64,000 nt of DNA from Gnetum montanum. Taxonomy: Eukaryota > Plantae > Gnetophyta. The number at the start of each line of letters is the position of its first letter. The stretch's first letter is position 1. The position numbers and the translations under genes were made by a program. The stretch covers positions 127,337 through 191,336 of the forward strand of contig MNCI01002555.1 in assembly GCA_015680685.1 (NCBI GenBank), written 5' to 3'. Below the pieces are notes generated by a model. It saw only the letters and a list, made by a program, of their open reading frames with translations, did no database searches and was not told the DNA's origin. This document shows, piece by piece, positions 52,330 to 64,000 of this stretch.

Positions 52330-55300
52330 CATAATAGATCCCACATAGACCAACACCACCGCCTTGCCTGTCTTTGACTTTGGTGCCAATGTCACGAACC
52401 CTGTCACTACCGCTGAGGCCATAGTTTCCCTTGGTGAGATGAACCCTCAAGGGCCACCTCGCTGATCATTGAGACTACAAGGTAGAGACCCTACATTCAC
52501 CATCCTAAGGCCTAAACAATATAACTTTATTTGTGTTAAAATCCAAGCTAATCTACCCATCGATCGCACCGAAATGGAAGCAAAATGACATTACGAACTC
52601 ATCTATAAGGGAGGCTGTAACTTTATCCCTTAAGCATATGACATAATTCCCCTCTCTGAATCCCACCATGAGCTTATATCTCAACTCATGGAAAGGAACC
52701 AAAAATCATGCCAACATGTTGTAGAACCTCAAAATGGAGATGAGGAAGATGATTTCGCTGCCCAATCCGAACATGAGGATTCATACCATACTCTCAATTC
52801 GCATACTTACACAAATCCGTTATTCCACCCTTTCACGGGAGATACCATGTCCCTTCACACATTTAAAAGCACTCAAGCATAGGTATCTCAATAGGAAGTA
52901 GCCACTCTCATTCCCACTCTCCCCATAACCAATGCTCAATTCAACGCACCCATCTTCGTTATTCCCCTGGTCACCACGTTATCTCCTCTCCTACAAGTAC
53001 AACCCCAACAACTCTCCTCCCAAAATAATGTAGGAGCGACCTTCCCACCCCAAGTAATTGGGATGCCATCCGTGATACCCACTTCTACATCTACTCACTA
53101 TATACCACAAGTGAAAATCCAAGGAGCACCCTTCACCACTTCAACTCAACAGGTTCAGGGCGTTTCCTCACACCCCGTAATTGGATAGTGGACCACGTTT
53201 GGCATGCAACAACATCAACCCGCTCATTACAGCATACCACCTACTACAATTCCATCCATGAATGTCACTCAAGTACAACCATCAAAAACTCAATAGTCAC
53301 TATTCTTTCCAACTGTATAGTAGCCCAACTTGCATAGCACTCAAACTAGCCAACCTACTGCCCCACCGAGTGCCCAAGAATGGGCCGAAGCTAAAAAGAT
53401 GATGCAAGAGCTCACTGATGAGGTAAAGCACCTTAAAAAAACTAACACTGAAGAGTTTAAAGTATTGGACTTCTACTAAGATGATTCGATTAGTTCATTA
53501 GTGCCACCTTTAGCTTTACCCAAGGGAGTTTCATTACCTTAATTGACAAAATATAATGGGGAAGGAGACCCCAATGCCCACTTAGTAACATTCAGATTAG
53601 AATTTCTGCTGCTTCAAGCTTGAGCCCATGCAATCCTATGCATGTTCACTATGTCTTTAATTAGAAGAGCCTTAGACTGGTACAGAGCCTTACCCCGTAA
53701 CTTTATATCCTCTCTGGAGGATCTTTTACACCAGTTTGTTACTACGTTTAAGTACAACTTGAAGCCCAAAGCAACCTTAGATAGTCTGATCCAAGTGAAG
53801 AAAGAACCACTAGAACCTATGCAAAAGTTCATTTAGAGATGGAGTGCTACACTTAATGAACTTCATGAGCCAATCCTGAAAACATACCTACTTACGATTC
53901 TTAGAGGAGCTGTGAATGACTTTGTTAAGTCAAAGCTCTATTATCTAAATGCTCGCACTCTGAGTCAAGATTTTGTATAGATAAAGAACATAGAGGAGGC
54001 TACCCAAAATAGTCATGACCCTGTTTATTTAGCCATTAAAAATCAACACACGAAGAAAGACAAAGACAAGGCTAAAGCAACAGTAACAGTAGTGGTGGAG
54101 ATAGCTTAACCCAATAATGCGGGACAAAAAGGGAAACAACCTACTATTCCCATTAACTATGAGAGAACCATTCCCGCACCCACACCTGAACCATCCTTCA
54201 CACAAACTGCTAACACGGGTCACACTAGTACATTTAAGAGAAAAGAACCTGCTCAATATACACTGTTGCCTATGAAGCCTTTGCAACTACTAGATCAACT
54301 TTTAAAGGCTGGGGCCATCAAACATAAGCAGTTGTCTCCTGCAGTAGCCCAGAAACATGATCGGTACTATGAATTGGTCAAGAACCGAAGTTTGGTAACA
54401 TCGAATGACCCTCTAGTTCTGAGAGGCTTTAGGCTAGATATATTTTGCAAATACCATCAACGAAATGGGCACAGAACCAATTATTATTTCACCTTGAAAC
54501 AAGACATACAACGTATGATTGATAGGGGTGAAATAACCTTAGACAAAGCCAACCTCGTAAAATCAAAAAATCAATCTATGGGTGTGTATAAGGATCCCCT
54601 TAACACCAAGGAGGCTCCTTATGTGATCAATACAATACATGTCAGCAATGAACAAGAAATACCCAAAAAACATTTTGTGATTTGTGTTCCTACAGTGTCA
54701 ATACCATCCCCCCAACCCTCATTTCCAACACACACACCCTCCACACCTCAAAAACCTTTCATCATCTGGGCACCTCCCACAGCAATAACAACAAATGTAC
54801 CCCCAAAAACCAAGCCTACACCCTTTGTGATCTAGGTACCTCCTGCTATTACAACTGCAAACATACAACCCCAAACCAAACCAACTCCATTTACCATCAA
54901 GGTGCCTAGGAAACCAGATGTTCAAACTCCGATAGCTCAAACGCCAACTCGTCCCACTCCATTCGTAATCTGGATGCTTAAACACCCTGACATTTAACCA
55001 CCAATGGTTCCATTGCAAACCTGACCCATCTCATTTGTCATTCGGGTCCCAAAGCAACTCGATGTTCAGACTCCAATAGCTCCCTTGCAATGTTTGTGAG
55101 AACGCCTCATAGACAGGTTGACCAGGGAACATTTGGAAAGAGAACACTAGAGTCATAAGTTGGGATCCCCAGGACCCATCCCATTAAATGTTGTACCCAT
55201 GGCTCTAAAAACTGATGAGCCAAGCACAAGTAACCAAGCTGAAAAATCAAGAATGTCTGAGGAGCCAAACCCAACGGTTGTGGTTGACCAAGAAACAATC

Positions 55301-56395
55301 CTTCCTCGAGAAATATAACTGTCAGGTCCAATGGACCAAGTCTCGACCAACAAGAACATACCAAATAATAGAGACTTAGCTAGTGCCCTAACCCAAGTTA
55401 CATAGGCCCTTAAGCAAAAGAACACTTTGCTCAGCCTGTATGACTTAATGATGACTTCTCAAGTATACCACGAAGCTCTAGTACATATGTTAACATCGAT
55501 CCTTGTCAGCGAATACTTACTTGCAACTGAACCATCCATTCATGCAGTAATGTTTCCACATTAAGGATTAAGGTCCACATCACTAGGCTTCCATGCGGAT
55601 AACATTAAAACAGATGAAAAAATAAGAGAAGTCACCATTGCACCTATGTTCATAACTATACAAGTCAACTAGTTTAAAATACATAGGATGCATGTTGATG
55701 AAGGGGTAGCCACAAACGTAGTACCATTCCCCATAATTGAAAAATTAGGGCTCATAGAGCAGATAAAACCAACATCCATGACATTCCTGAAATCATTCAG
55801 CAGATCACGTGTCATAGTAAAAGGAACACTCACTTTGGACTTCATAGCAGGGGACCAGTTCCCCACGGCGGCCGAGTTTGTTGTCATAGATGAGATGCCA
55901 GGATTTAACTTGATTTTGGGACAACCTTGATTAGCCCAATTAAAAGCGGTATCCTCACCCATCCATCAAGAGATTCACTTACCTTACGAGGGTGGTGAAA
56001 TCGTTATACATGGTGACGTGGCTACATCCAACATCTCTTCACATATAGGCACAAACCAAGGCTCAGAAGTTAAATTCGATGAATCTAAACAAGACGACAC
56101 TACCCCTAAGTTTAAACAAGATGACACCACCAATGAGCCTAAGCAAGATAATGCACCATATAAGACCCAAAGTGATGAGAAACCTCCAAATCGTGATCCC
56201 CCAGAAGACATGGAAACATTACAAAACATGGAAACTTCAGAACATGCTGACATAGGGGCCATTCCCCTAGATGTCTCATGGTCAGAATTAACATTTGACA
56301 TAACCAATGAAGGAGACCTTGAATACACGATCACACTGACATACCCTACTCCTAATCTCAAGCTTCGAAAAGTAAAGAAGCTACTCAATCATTGA
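52330..56395 (+). pseudogene. gag: Gag-protease of D
   Basis: KYNGEGDPNAHL, ALDWYRALP, FCKYHQRNGHRT, MHVDEGVATNV, FNLILGQP; stop at 56393-56395. Start is approximate. Confidence 0.88.
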
Positions 56396-56400
56396 TACCA

Positions 56401-56622
56401 TTTACCACACATCCGAAATGACGTTAAACTACGACACATCCGAAATGACGTTAAACTACCACACGTCCGAAATGACGTTAAACTACCACACGTCCAAAAT
56501 GACGTTAAACTACCATACGTTCGGAATGACGTTAAACTACCATGTGTCCGGGATGACGTTAAACTACCATGAGTCTAGGATGATGTTAAACTACCAAACG
56601 TCTGCAACGACATTAAACTAGC
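56401..56622 (+). repeat. 27-bp tandem array (~8 copies) directly after the gag-PR stop (D)
   Basis: Unit CACACGTC-CGAAAT-GACG-TTAAACTAC. Confidence 0.95.
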
Positions 56623-57088
56623 CATGGTTAGAAATGGTCGGTTCCTTTTTTAAAAATTCACCAAAAAACTACCGTCTCCATCTTTTTTTTTGACAAAGAT
56701 GCAATAGTCCATCATTACTTTAAACTTACATGTGTTGCCTGAAATGGCTTTAAACTAGAGCATGGTACACCACCAATTTATTGAAACTTCGCTACGTCAT
56801 TATTGTTTACATTCTGCAAGTTACAATGTTCATTTTAGTTTGCCAAACATGATTCTAGTTTACATTTATGTTCGCAAATAAACTCAAAAAAAAAGCAAAA
56901 AAATATATATAAACATATGTGGTATGGAGTGCCAACATAGCAATAGGGTCATGACATGTTACATCATGATCATGTTACATTTGTTTTCAAATATCTCAAA
57001 AGCAACAAAACAAACCAAAGAGCTAAAAGACAAAAAAAAAAACAACTAACAAAACCGCTGAAAAGACTGATAAGACTAATGAGCCAAA

Positions 57089-60000
57089 TTATGCACTAGC
57101 ATTAGGAAGGGGCTAGTCCTCAAAATATTCTACATCATCACCTCTCATCCCACTGGGGCCAGCCTCATCATCACCATGTCCCTACCACAAAAAGACAATA
57201 AAACAATAAAATAAGTAAGCACACATAAACAGATTAAAAACACTAAGAAAGATGACAATGAATAAAGGCAATAAAATGATATTAGACTAAAACAATCATA
57301 GGTAGGGAAGGCTTGAGGTTAGCTTCTAGGCATCGTAAAATCTCCTCTTCAGGCACGCACGCCCAATCTTTCTCAAGCCCGAGGTTGATGTTTGTCAAAA
57401 TTTTTCCCTTATCCACTATAGACCAAGAAGGACGCTCAAGAGAAAACATGCTTGTTGAAGCTTCACCAGAGGTAGTGGTAATGGACCTCTTGGGAGACCC
57501 TTCCACCTTTGTACACTCAACAAACTTCTCATAGGAAGAGCACAAGCCTAACCACACCACGAACATCTCCAACCGGCGACATTCAACTAATTCCTCCTTT
57601 AACCACTTTTTGTATTGGTGCTTGTGGTATTTTTGATCCTAGCCCCATTTACGCACCTTGGATGCAAAGGACTTCCAGTCATAACACTTCCTATTCAACA
57701 AGTCCATTTGGGCCCGCTATTCGGCTAGATCTCGAATCACCTGCACTTTGTTGTTCAAGCTTTTCCAATAACGTGCATAGGTGATTTTGGATGTTCGCTA
57801 GGCACTATCACCAGCCAATCTAGCAGAGGCGAAATCATAACGGGCTTGCAAGTCATTCCTTTCCTCAGTTACTTTTGCCAAATTTCCTTTCAATGATTGG
57901 ATTTCAAGCCATAACTATTCAATTGAGCACCTACAGGTCCAGAGAGACTTGGCATTTGGAATAACACAACCCGAAACTGCATCATAAATACTTCTTGGAA
58001 CTTGCTCAACATCTTTGGGTAATTCCAGAAGACCATCAATATGGGTAGTCTTAGAAGGACTCCATTGAAGCTTCACATCTATAAGTACAAACATTACATA
58101 TATGAGCCAACAAGAAAACTCCAACAGATGCATAAATACAATGAACCCAGGTGCTTAGTATAAAGTACACACCTAATTTAGGATGAGCCCATTGCAGAAG
58201 AGCAACAACATCATTGACAATGCCAGTAACAAAGTCCACCTTATTAGGAATCTCATGCCATGACCTCAATGGATCGGTGGATGATGAATCTGTATGGGAA
58301 GGCACCTCAACTGGGGCCTCTAACTTCGACCCATCTACCTGAGATACATGTGCTTCAGGCACTTTGACATCCATGTCTGATGTTAAGAAGAGCCATGATA
58401 ATCAAAATAATATGCAAAACTAAAAAGTACAGAATGTGAATCAAGCTAACAAGAGTTACTAATAGGCCCCTTGCTGGTAAGCTCAGGAAGATCACCAAGG
58501 TGTAGAGACCCATCAAAGAAACCATCAAAGACACCTTTCTCCTCACTCAAATGTCTAAGGGCATCTAGAGCTTCAACAAGTGTCACGTCCATGGAGTTCA
58601 TTGTACCCTCTTCTCGTAAGATGGGAGTAGCCTCAACTGCTTCTTTTCTGGTTTCCTCCTCTTCATCATACCCAATGATAACCGTTTCAGGTTCATCCAT
58701 CAGAGCTAATTCTTCCCTTTCCCTCTCGGGGGTACACTCTGTTAACACCAAAAAATAGAAAGTTAGCATGACATAATAGATATGCATGTTTAAGTAAGCA
58801 AATAAATTCAAAAGGCCATAAAAAACATTTAAAACAAAAGAAAATAATAATAATAATAATAAATAAAGATAATACTTACCCACTCTTGGCAAGGTGAATT
58901 GAATCTTCTTTGCCCTCGGTGGCCTCGTCTCTATAACAGGAGATCTCGAACACTCAGCTCTTTTCACCTTAGCCTTGGCTTTCCCGATGGTCTCCTAGAT
59001 CAAGTGCTCGGCTCTCCTAATAGCTGTGTGTAGTATGGGTGGTTCCAACCCCAAACTATCACGCAAGTGGTGGGAACAACTAGCTACACCTCCTATGGTA
59101 ACGGAAACTGATTCGTTGATACCTTTGAGTGGATCTTGAGATCTGGTGGTGTCAAATAAATGACAGATCTAGGGGCGAGACAACTGTGAGTGATCCCTTA
59201 ACACATAATGATCATCTCCATAGACCACTAAGAACTTGGCAAACCTATGGAGATAGCCCACGAAAAATGCAAAAGTGAAGTGGGACTGTGCATTCACATT
59301 GGAGTGTAATCTGATAATCTCCCCATGGAAACCCAAAACCAGAAATTGTGCCTAGATATAACGCATACCAGTCTCTAGGATCGAGCACATGATATGTGCA
59401 GGCTCTACCCCAAGATTTCTCATTTGAGAAAGAGACTTGGGATATGCACGTGCTCTAAACAATGGGTACAACAAATTCACTTCCATCACTTTAGTGTCCA
59501 CTTGCATAGGTAAGCCCTTGGAACCTCATGGCATGCCCAGCCATTCCTCAAGGTCCTTAATCATGTGGCCTTCCCTATTCGCTCTGTCCACTACCACTTT
59601 GACACCATCTTCCAATACCCCAAAGATATCTGAAAAGAATTTGGCAGTTAGACGGAATGCAACCTTAACCCCTCAGACTTGTGTGCTAAAATAAGTAACA
59701 TCATTGTTGAAAGAGTCAACGATGGTAACCATCTCAGTTGTGGGAACTATAGGAGTCAAGGCAATGAACAGATCCATTAGACTAGCATCGGTTAGGCAAG
59801 TGATGAAATTTTGAGATGCCTTTCTATGCAACCACCATTGCGAATCCTTTGTCTACCCATACTTCATGAAAAGAGTACCCTCAGTATGGCTAGACACGAT
59901 GGTGATCCCACCAGGAGTAATATCCACTGTAAAAAGATGTTACACAAAATATAAATATCATGATAAAAAATGGGGTAGCAAAGATAAAAACAAATCTTAG

Positions 60001-60820
60001 AACACAATCACTTACCACTAGCAAATGGATCAGGCATACTTGGCACTGAATCAACCGCCTAAGGGAAAGTGGGTCCATTACGAGACCAATCTTCATGTAG
60101 CCACCCACGAGCTTCACAAAGTTCAAAGGCCTTGGAAAACTACTTATGATAATGGAAAATAGCACCCTTGGTTTGAGCCAACACGACACCATGAAGAGTG
60201 GGGCCCACCATGAAAGCCTCCAAGGCTGTACACGTTAAGTCAAGTCCATCATCATTCCTGCACATTCCGTGCTCATCAAAATTGGGCTTGCCAAGAAAAA
60301 GATAATCAAACATAAACAATGGTATAACACCGAAGCAAACAAAACAAAGATAAATCAAAAAGGCGCTTACCTTTCTACCCTGTACACTGTTCCAGGTGGA
60401 TTCTGGAATAATGTATGTATACGGAAAGCTAGGAAAAGGGTGTTACTGTTGTTGTAGTGGTTACAAGATGGTAACTCCCAAACACGAGTCAGAGGATGGG
60501 TAGATAAAGGACCTTCGACAGAACTGCCATCAACTTTAAATAACCCCTCGTCCACATCAATGATGAAGGCCAATATGTCATGGGATGAGCCAGGAAGTAT
60601 GGTCTCAATAATGCTACAAGCTAACAGTTCACTTAAATGAGACCAGATGACCACGCTAAAACCCTGCAAGATAAATGATAGAAATTCACTAGAGCTCGAA
60701 TGAAACCATAAACCTTGTGACCCGATCTTCATGTCATGATAAGGTGCATTGGGCTCCAAGGGGCCAAACCATAACAACACACCCATGAGTTCCGCCATCA
60801 AAAGAAAGGGCTTAAGTCCC
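57089..60820 (-). pseudogene. Antisense multi-exon accessory gene of D (homolog of B 22753-26348)
   Basis: Exons ~60820-60371, 60287-60016, 59926-58880, 58738-~58450 and further 3' exons; GTAAG donors at 60370, 60015 and 58879. Confidence 0.8.
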
Positions 60821-61324
60821 CTACATAAAGCTAGAACCTTAAGTAAGTAACTTAAAACGTAAAACATATAAACTAAACAAACAAAATAAAAAAATAAGTA
60901 AATAAACCTAATAAGTAAATAACATTCAATGTGCACACAAGAGAACCCCATGGGACAAGGATATCAATGTTTATTTGATGAACCTAACACTCGCTGGGGA
61001 CAATAAACCAACACAAAAGTGCAAACACAAAACATGTATAATCATTGTCTAGCACAATAAAGTAAAAAAAAAAGGTACAAATAACCAGCAACATCAAATG
61101 AATAATTTGCTCCCTTCTCAGTCACTCACGTGCCAGTTCCAGTAATTCACGCTACAGTGCATAATGCAGTAAAGCATGACTAGAGACATTCACAATGCAT
61201 GCTCACGCTACAATAAAAATTACTAGCAGCTCGTGCTGCAATGCACATAACGTGAAATCACGCTGTAAACCATGTAAATCACACAACTCATGCAGCAAAA
61301 GCAATTGAGAAGTAGCCTTAGACA

Positions 61325-61670
61325 CCAAAAAATGCACAAAAAATTATAGTTCCTACAACTCACGCCTAGGCCAAAAAATGCACAAAAAACAATCACAGTT
61401 CCTGAAACTCACACCTAGGCAAAAAAATGCACAAAAATTGCAGTTCCTACAACTCACACCTAGGCAAAAAAATGCACAAAAATCACTGTTCCTGAAACTC
61501 ACGCCCAGACCAAAAAATGCACAAAAAATTGCAGCTCCTGCAACTCACGCCCAGGCCAAAAAATGCACAAAAAATTGCAATTCCTACAACTCACACCTAG
61601 GCAAAAAAATGCACAAAAATCGCAATTCCTGCAACTCATGCCCAGGCCAAAAATGCATAAAAAATCACTT
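61325..61670. repeat. ~45-bp tandem array (~7.5 copies) upstream of the antisense gene
   Basis: Unit CAAAAAATGCACAAAAATTGCAGTTCCTACAACTCACGCCTAGGC. Confidence 0.9.
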
Positions 61671-62956
61671 TCCATGGGGTGCTCATGCCCCCTCAATCCC
61701 TGCACCCACGCTCATACCCTGGGTTGCTCATGCTGGACATTCCTTGGGCTACTCATGTCGTCACATAGAAACAAGATTGTAGGAACACACCTTGGCCACA
61801 GTACCGATGCCCTTGCAATGCACGCCAGGGCCCATACGCATCTTGCGATGTGACTCATGCTGAGGTGTGCCCTCATTGCTCACACCACGGCATGCTCTGG
61901 GTTACTCATGCTGGGCACACCCTGGGTTTGATCCTTAAACTACTAACCGATCCCTACGCTGGCCACGCTCGGGCCATCATACAACAACAAAAAAAAAGAA
62001 AAAAAATGGTGAAATGTAAAACCCTAGCAATGTCCCTGATGCCCAAAATGCACATGAGAAAACTACAATACAAACCCTAGAATCCAGCAAATATTTTCAT
62101 TCCGAAACATAGCAAAAACGACAGCTCTAATGGCTCACGCTGTGCTTGCACTGCAATCAAATGCCATGGAACAAAAACATACCTGCGCAGAGTCCTTGTC
62201 CACAATGAAATTTTGGGTTGGGGAAGGCATTGAAATAGTTGTTCATTGTTGCTCTCCTCTTCATCATCGTTACTCATGCTTGCGTTGCTCTAAACCATGG
62301 TCACGCTACCCCACCTTGCATTGTTACTCACGCTGTCTACCTCTCCCTGTTGCATGCTACCTTCACTTCTTGTTACTCATGCTACCGATCCCTCTTACTC
62401 ACACTACCCTCACTTCCTGTTGCTCACGTTGCCGAATCTCTCTTACTCACGCTACCTTCACTTCCTATTGCTCACTTGGTGTTGAAAATGACATCACACT
62501 CTTTGGTCATGCTCACCACTCATACACTAATGCTTGCCAAAATAACTTGTATCTTGCACCTTTTAAAGTTCCTTCTATTTTTCCTACGCTTTTTAAACTC
62601 ACTCGCCAATGTACCTACCTTATTTTATGCTTATGCTAATTTTTTTCATCTTCATTTCTCATTCTTGTGTTCTCTAGTTAATTTATCCTGAGCATCAAAA
62701 TAACATGAAACGAAAAGACCAAAAATTCATAAAACCATAAAAATTACAACATTATTGTTCACACGAAAAAGTGAATACTAGTGGCTAGGTAAGGTCTAAA
62801 ACTGCCATGCGGTTTTGGTATGACATTAAACTACCCCTATGTTCTGTAATCTCATTGGGACATAGATTAAACAAAGCTAATTTATATTTAGCAACTCGTC
62901 TGTCAAGAAAACCTCACTCATGGTGCTCCTGGTTTAAATTGGTAGGAATAAAACAC

Positions 62957-63764
62957 ATGGATAGCAAGAACCTCTTTACAATGCTATCTATCAATGGACC
63001 ACATGGAGCCATTAAAAGGGAGATTAATCTAGATTCCATTGATCTAGACTCATCAGCTTATGATAATTTTCTGGCATCAACACAAGAGACACTTGATCGC
63101 TTTAAGGGAATGACGAAAACTTTGGACTTAGAGGCCGATAACATCACCGAAGATCCCCTTGCCGAAGTCCCCATTACTATGTCTGATGGCGAAGTCAAAA
63201 TATTAAAACTAAGTACTCTATTAAATCAACAACTAGCCAGTGACATAGCTCAAGTGCTAAAAGACAACATGAAAGCATTTGCTTGGTCTTATACTGATAT
63301 GCCAGGACTAGACCCCAGAATAGTACAGCATAACATTATCTTTGATCCAAAACTCAAACTAGTGAAACAAAAAGCACAAAAGGTTAAACTTAAGGTAGCA
63401 CTAGTAGTTTGTAATGAAATCACGAAACTTTACCAAGCTGGTTTCATCCGGGCTATTGACTACGCTGATTGGATGTCCAACATGATCGTAGTCCCAATGA
63501 AGACCGAGAGAATTCGCCTATGTATTGACTTCCGTAACCTCAACATTGCAACCATAAAAGATGATTTCCCCCTACCCGGTATCAATCAACTTGTTGATTC
63601 AACTACTGGGCATGCATTGCTATCCTTTATGGATGGATTCTCGGGATACAACCAAATTAGAATCAACCCAGAACATCAACTCAGGACAACCTTCATGACA
63701 CCATAGGGCACATTCTGTTATACAATGATGTCATTCGGTCTAAAAAATGCCGGTGCTACATATC
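62957..63764 (+). pseudogene. pol: N-terminal part of the RT of D, cut by insertion E
   Basis: FAWSYTDMPGLDP, RLCIDFRNLN, SFMDGFSGYNQI, MSFGLKNAGATY| followed by unrelated sequence. Confidence 0.92.
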
Positions 63765-64000
63765 TGTTGGCGACCGTTTGGGACGCGACCGCCAACGAGT
63801 GTCCTCGAATAGGATTTAGGTGCCCGCTGGTCTCTGGCAACACCAAGGCCCAGATACCTCCAAATAACTCAGTAGTTAATGTGAGTATGTGTGTGTGCTG
63901 TTGCGGCGTGCGGTTGTGTGCAATGTAACGATTGCGTGTGTGTGAAATACAAATGACTTACTTTAAGAGATTCAGCCAACTTTATCAAGTACTGTGAGTT
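63765..64000 (-). mobile_element. End of LTR element E (family of solo LTR F) inserted into the RT of D
   Basis: TGTTGGCGACC... is the reverse complement of 39630-39869; predicted TSD ATATC (63760-63764). Confidence 0.85.

Larger units (their letters stand above)
49731..63764 (+). mobile_element. Tat-type element D (5' LTR, PBS, gag-PR, spacer with antisense gene, start of RT), interrupted by E
   Basis: Family LTR start TAAAAAACACCACAAAA, PBS, and the same module order as B. Confidence 0.9.

Noticed and set aside
56401-56622. CRISPR-like array or MTLNYHTSE repeat protein (also 1-200 and 61325-61670)
   Set aside because: Head-to-tail units without unique spacers, no cas genes, eukaryotic retroelement context. 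Homologous arrays have periods not divisible by 3, so the peptide is incidental.

Overview
Plant (eukaryotic) heterochromatin-type window made almost entirely of nested retroelements; no intact host gene is visible. Five members of one Ty3/gypsy Tat-type LTR lineage are present. LTRs start TGAAACACC, the PBS matches tRNA-Asn, and pol has RT-RH-archaeal RH-IN. A (1-5963, -) is young and sits inside an older LTR A' (5964-7888), itself inside an RTE LINE remnant. B (15674-40759, +) is full length (~25 kb) with a TSD. C (42832-49730, -) is interrupted by D (49731-63764, +), which is interrupted by E (63765-end). The unusual architecture: gag-protease stops, a 6.5-10 kb spacer follows, then a separate RT-RH-aRH-IN region. 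The spacer carries an antisense multi-exon gene, homologous between B and D with matching intron positions. It encodes an FCP1/NIF (HAD) phosphatase-like domain lacking the catalytic aspartates, a plant-transposon accessory domain and a coiled-coil. Each element also carries its own variant of a YY-ACGCT motif, densely repeated in its LTR and spacer. Arrays of a covarying 4-bp-stem/6-nt-loop hairpin + UUAAACU sit at the ORF boundaries. A solo LTR inserted in B's 3' LTR contains a captured 5' fragment of the DEAD-box helicase RH24/DDX42. All homology calls are by eye, without database searches.
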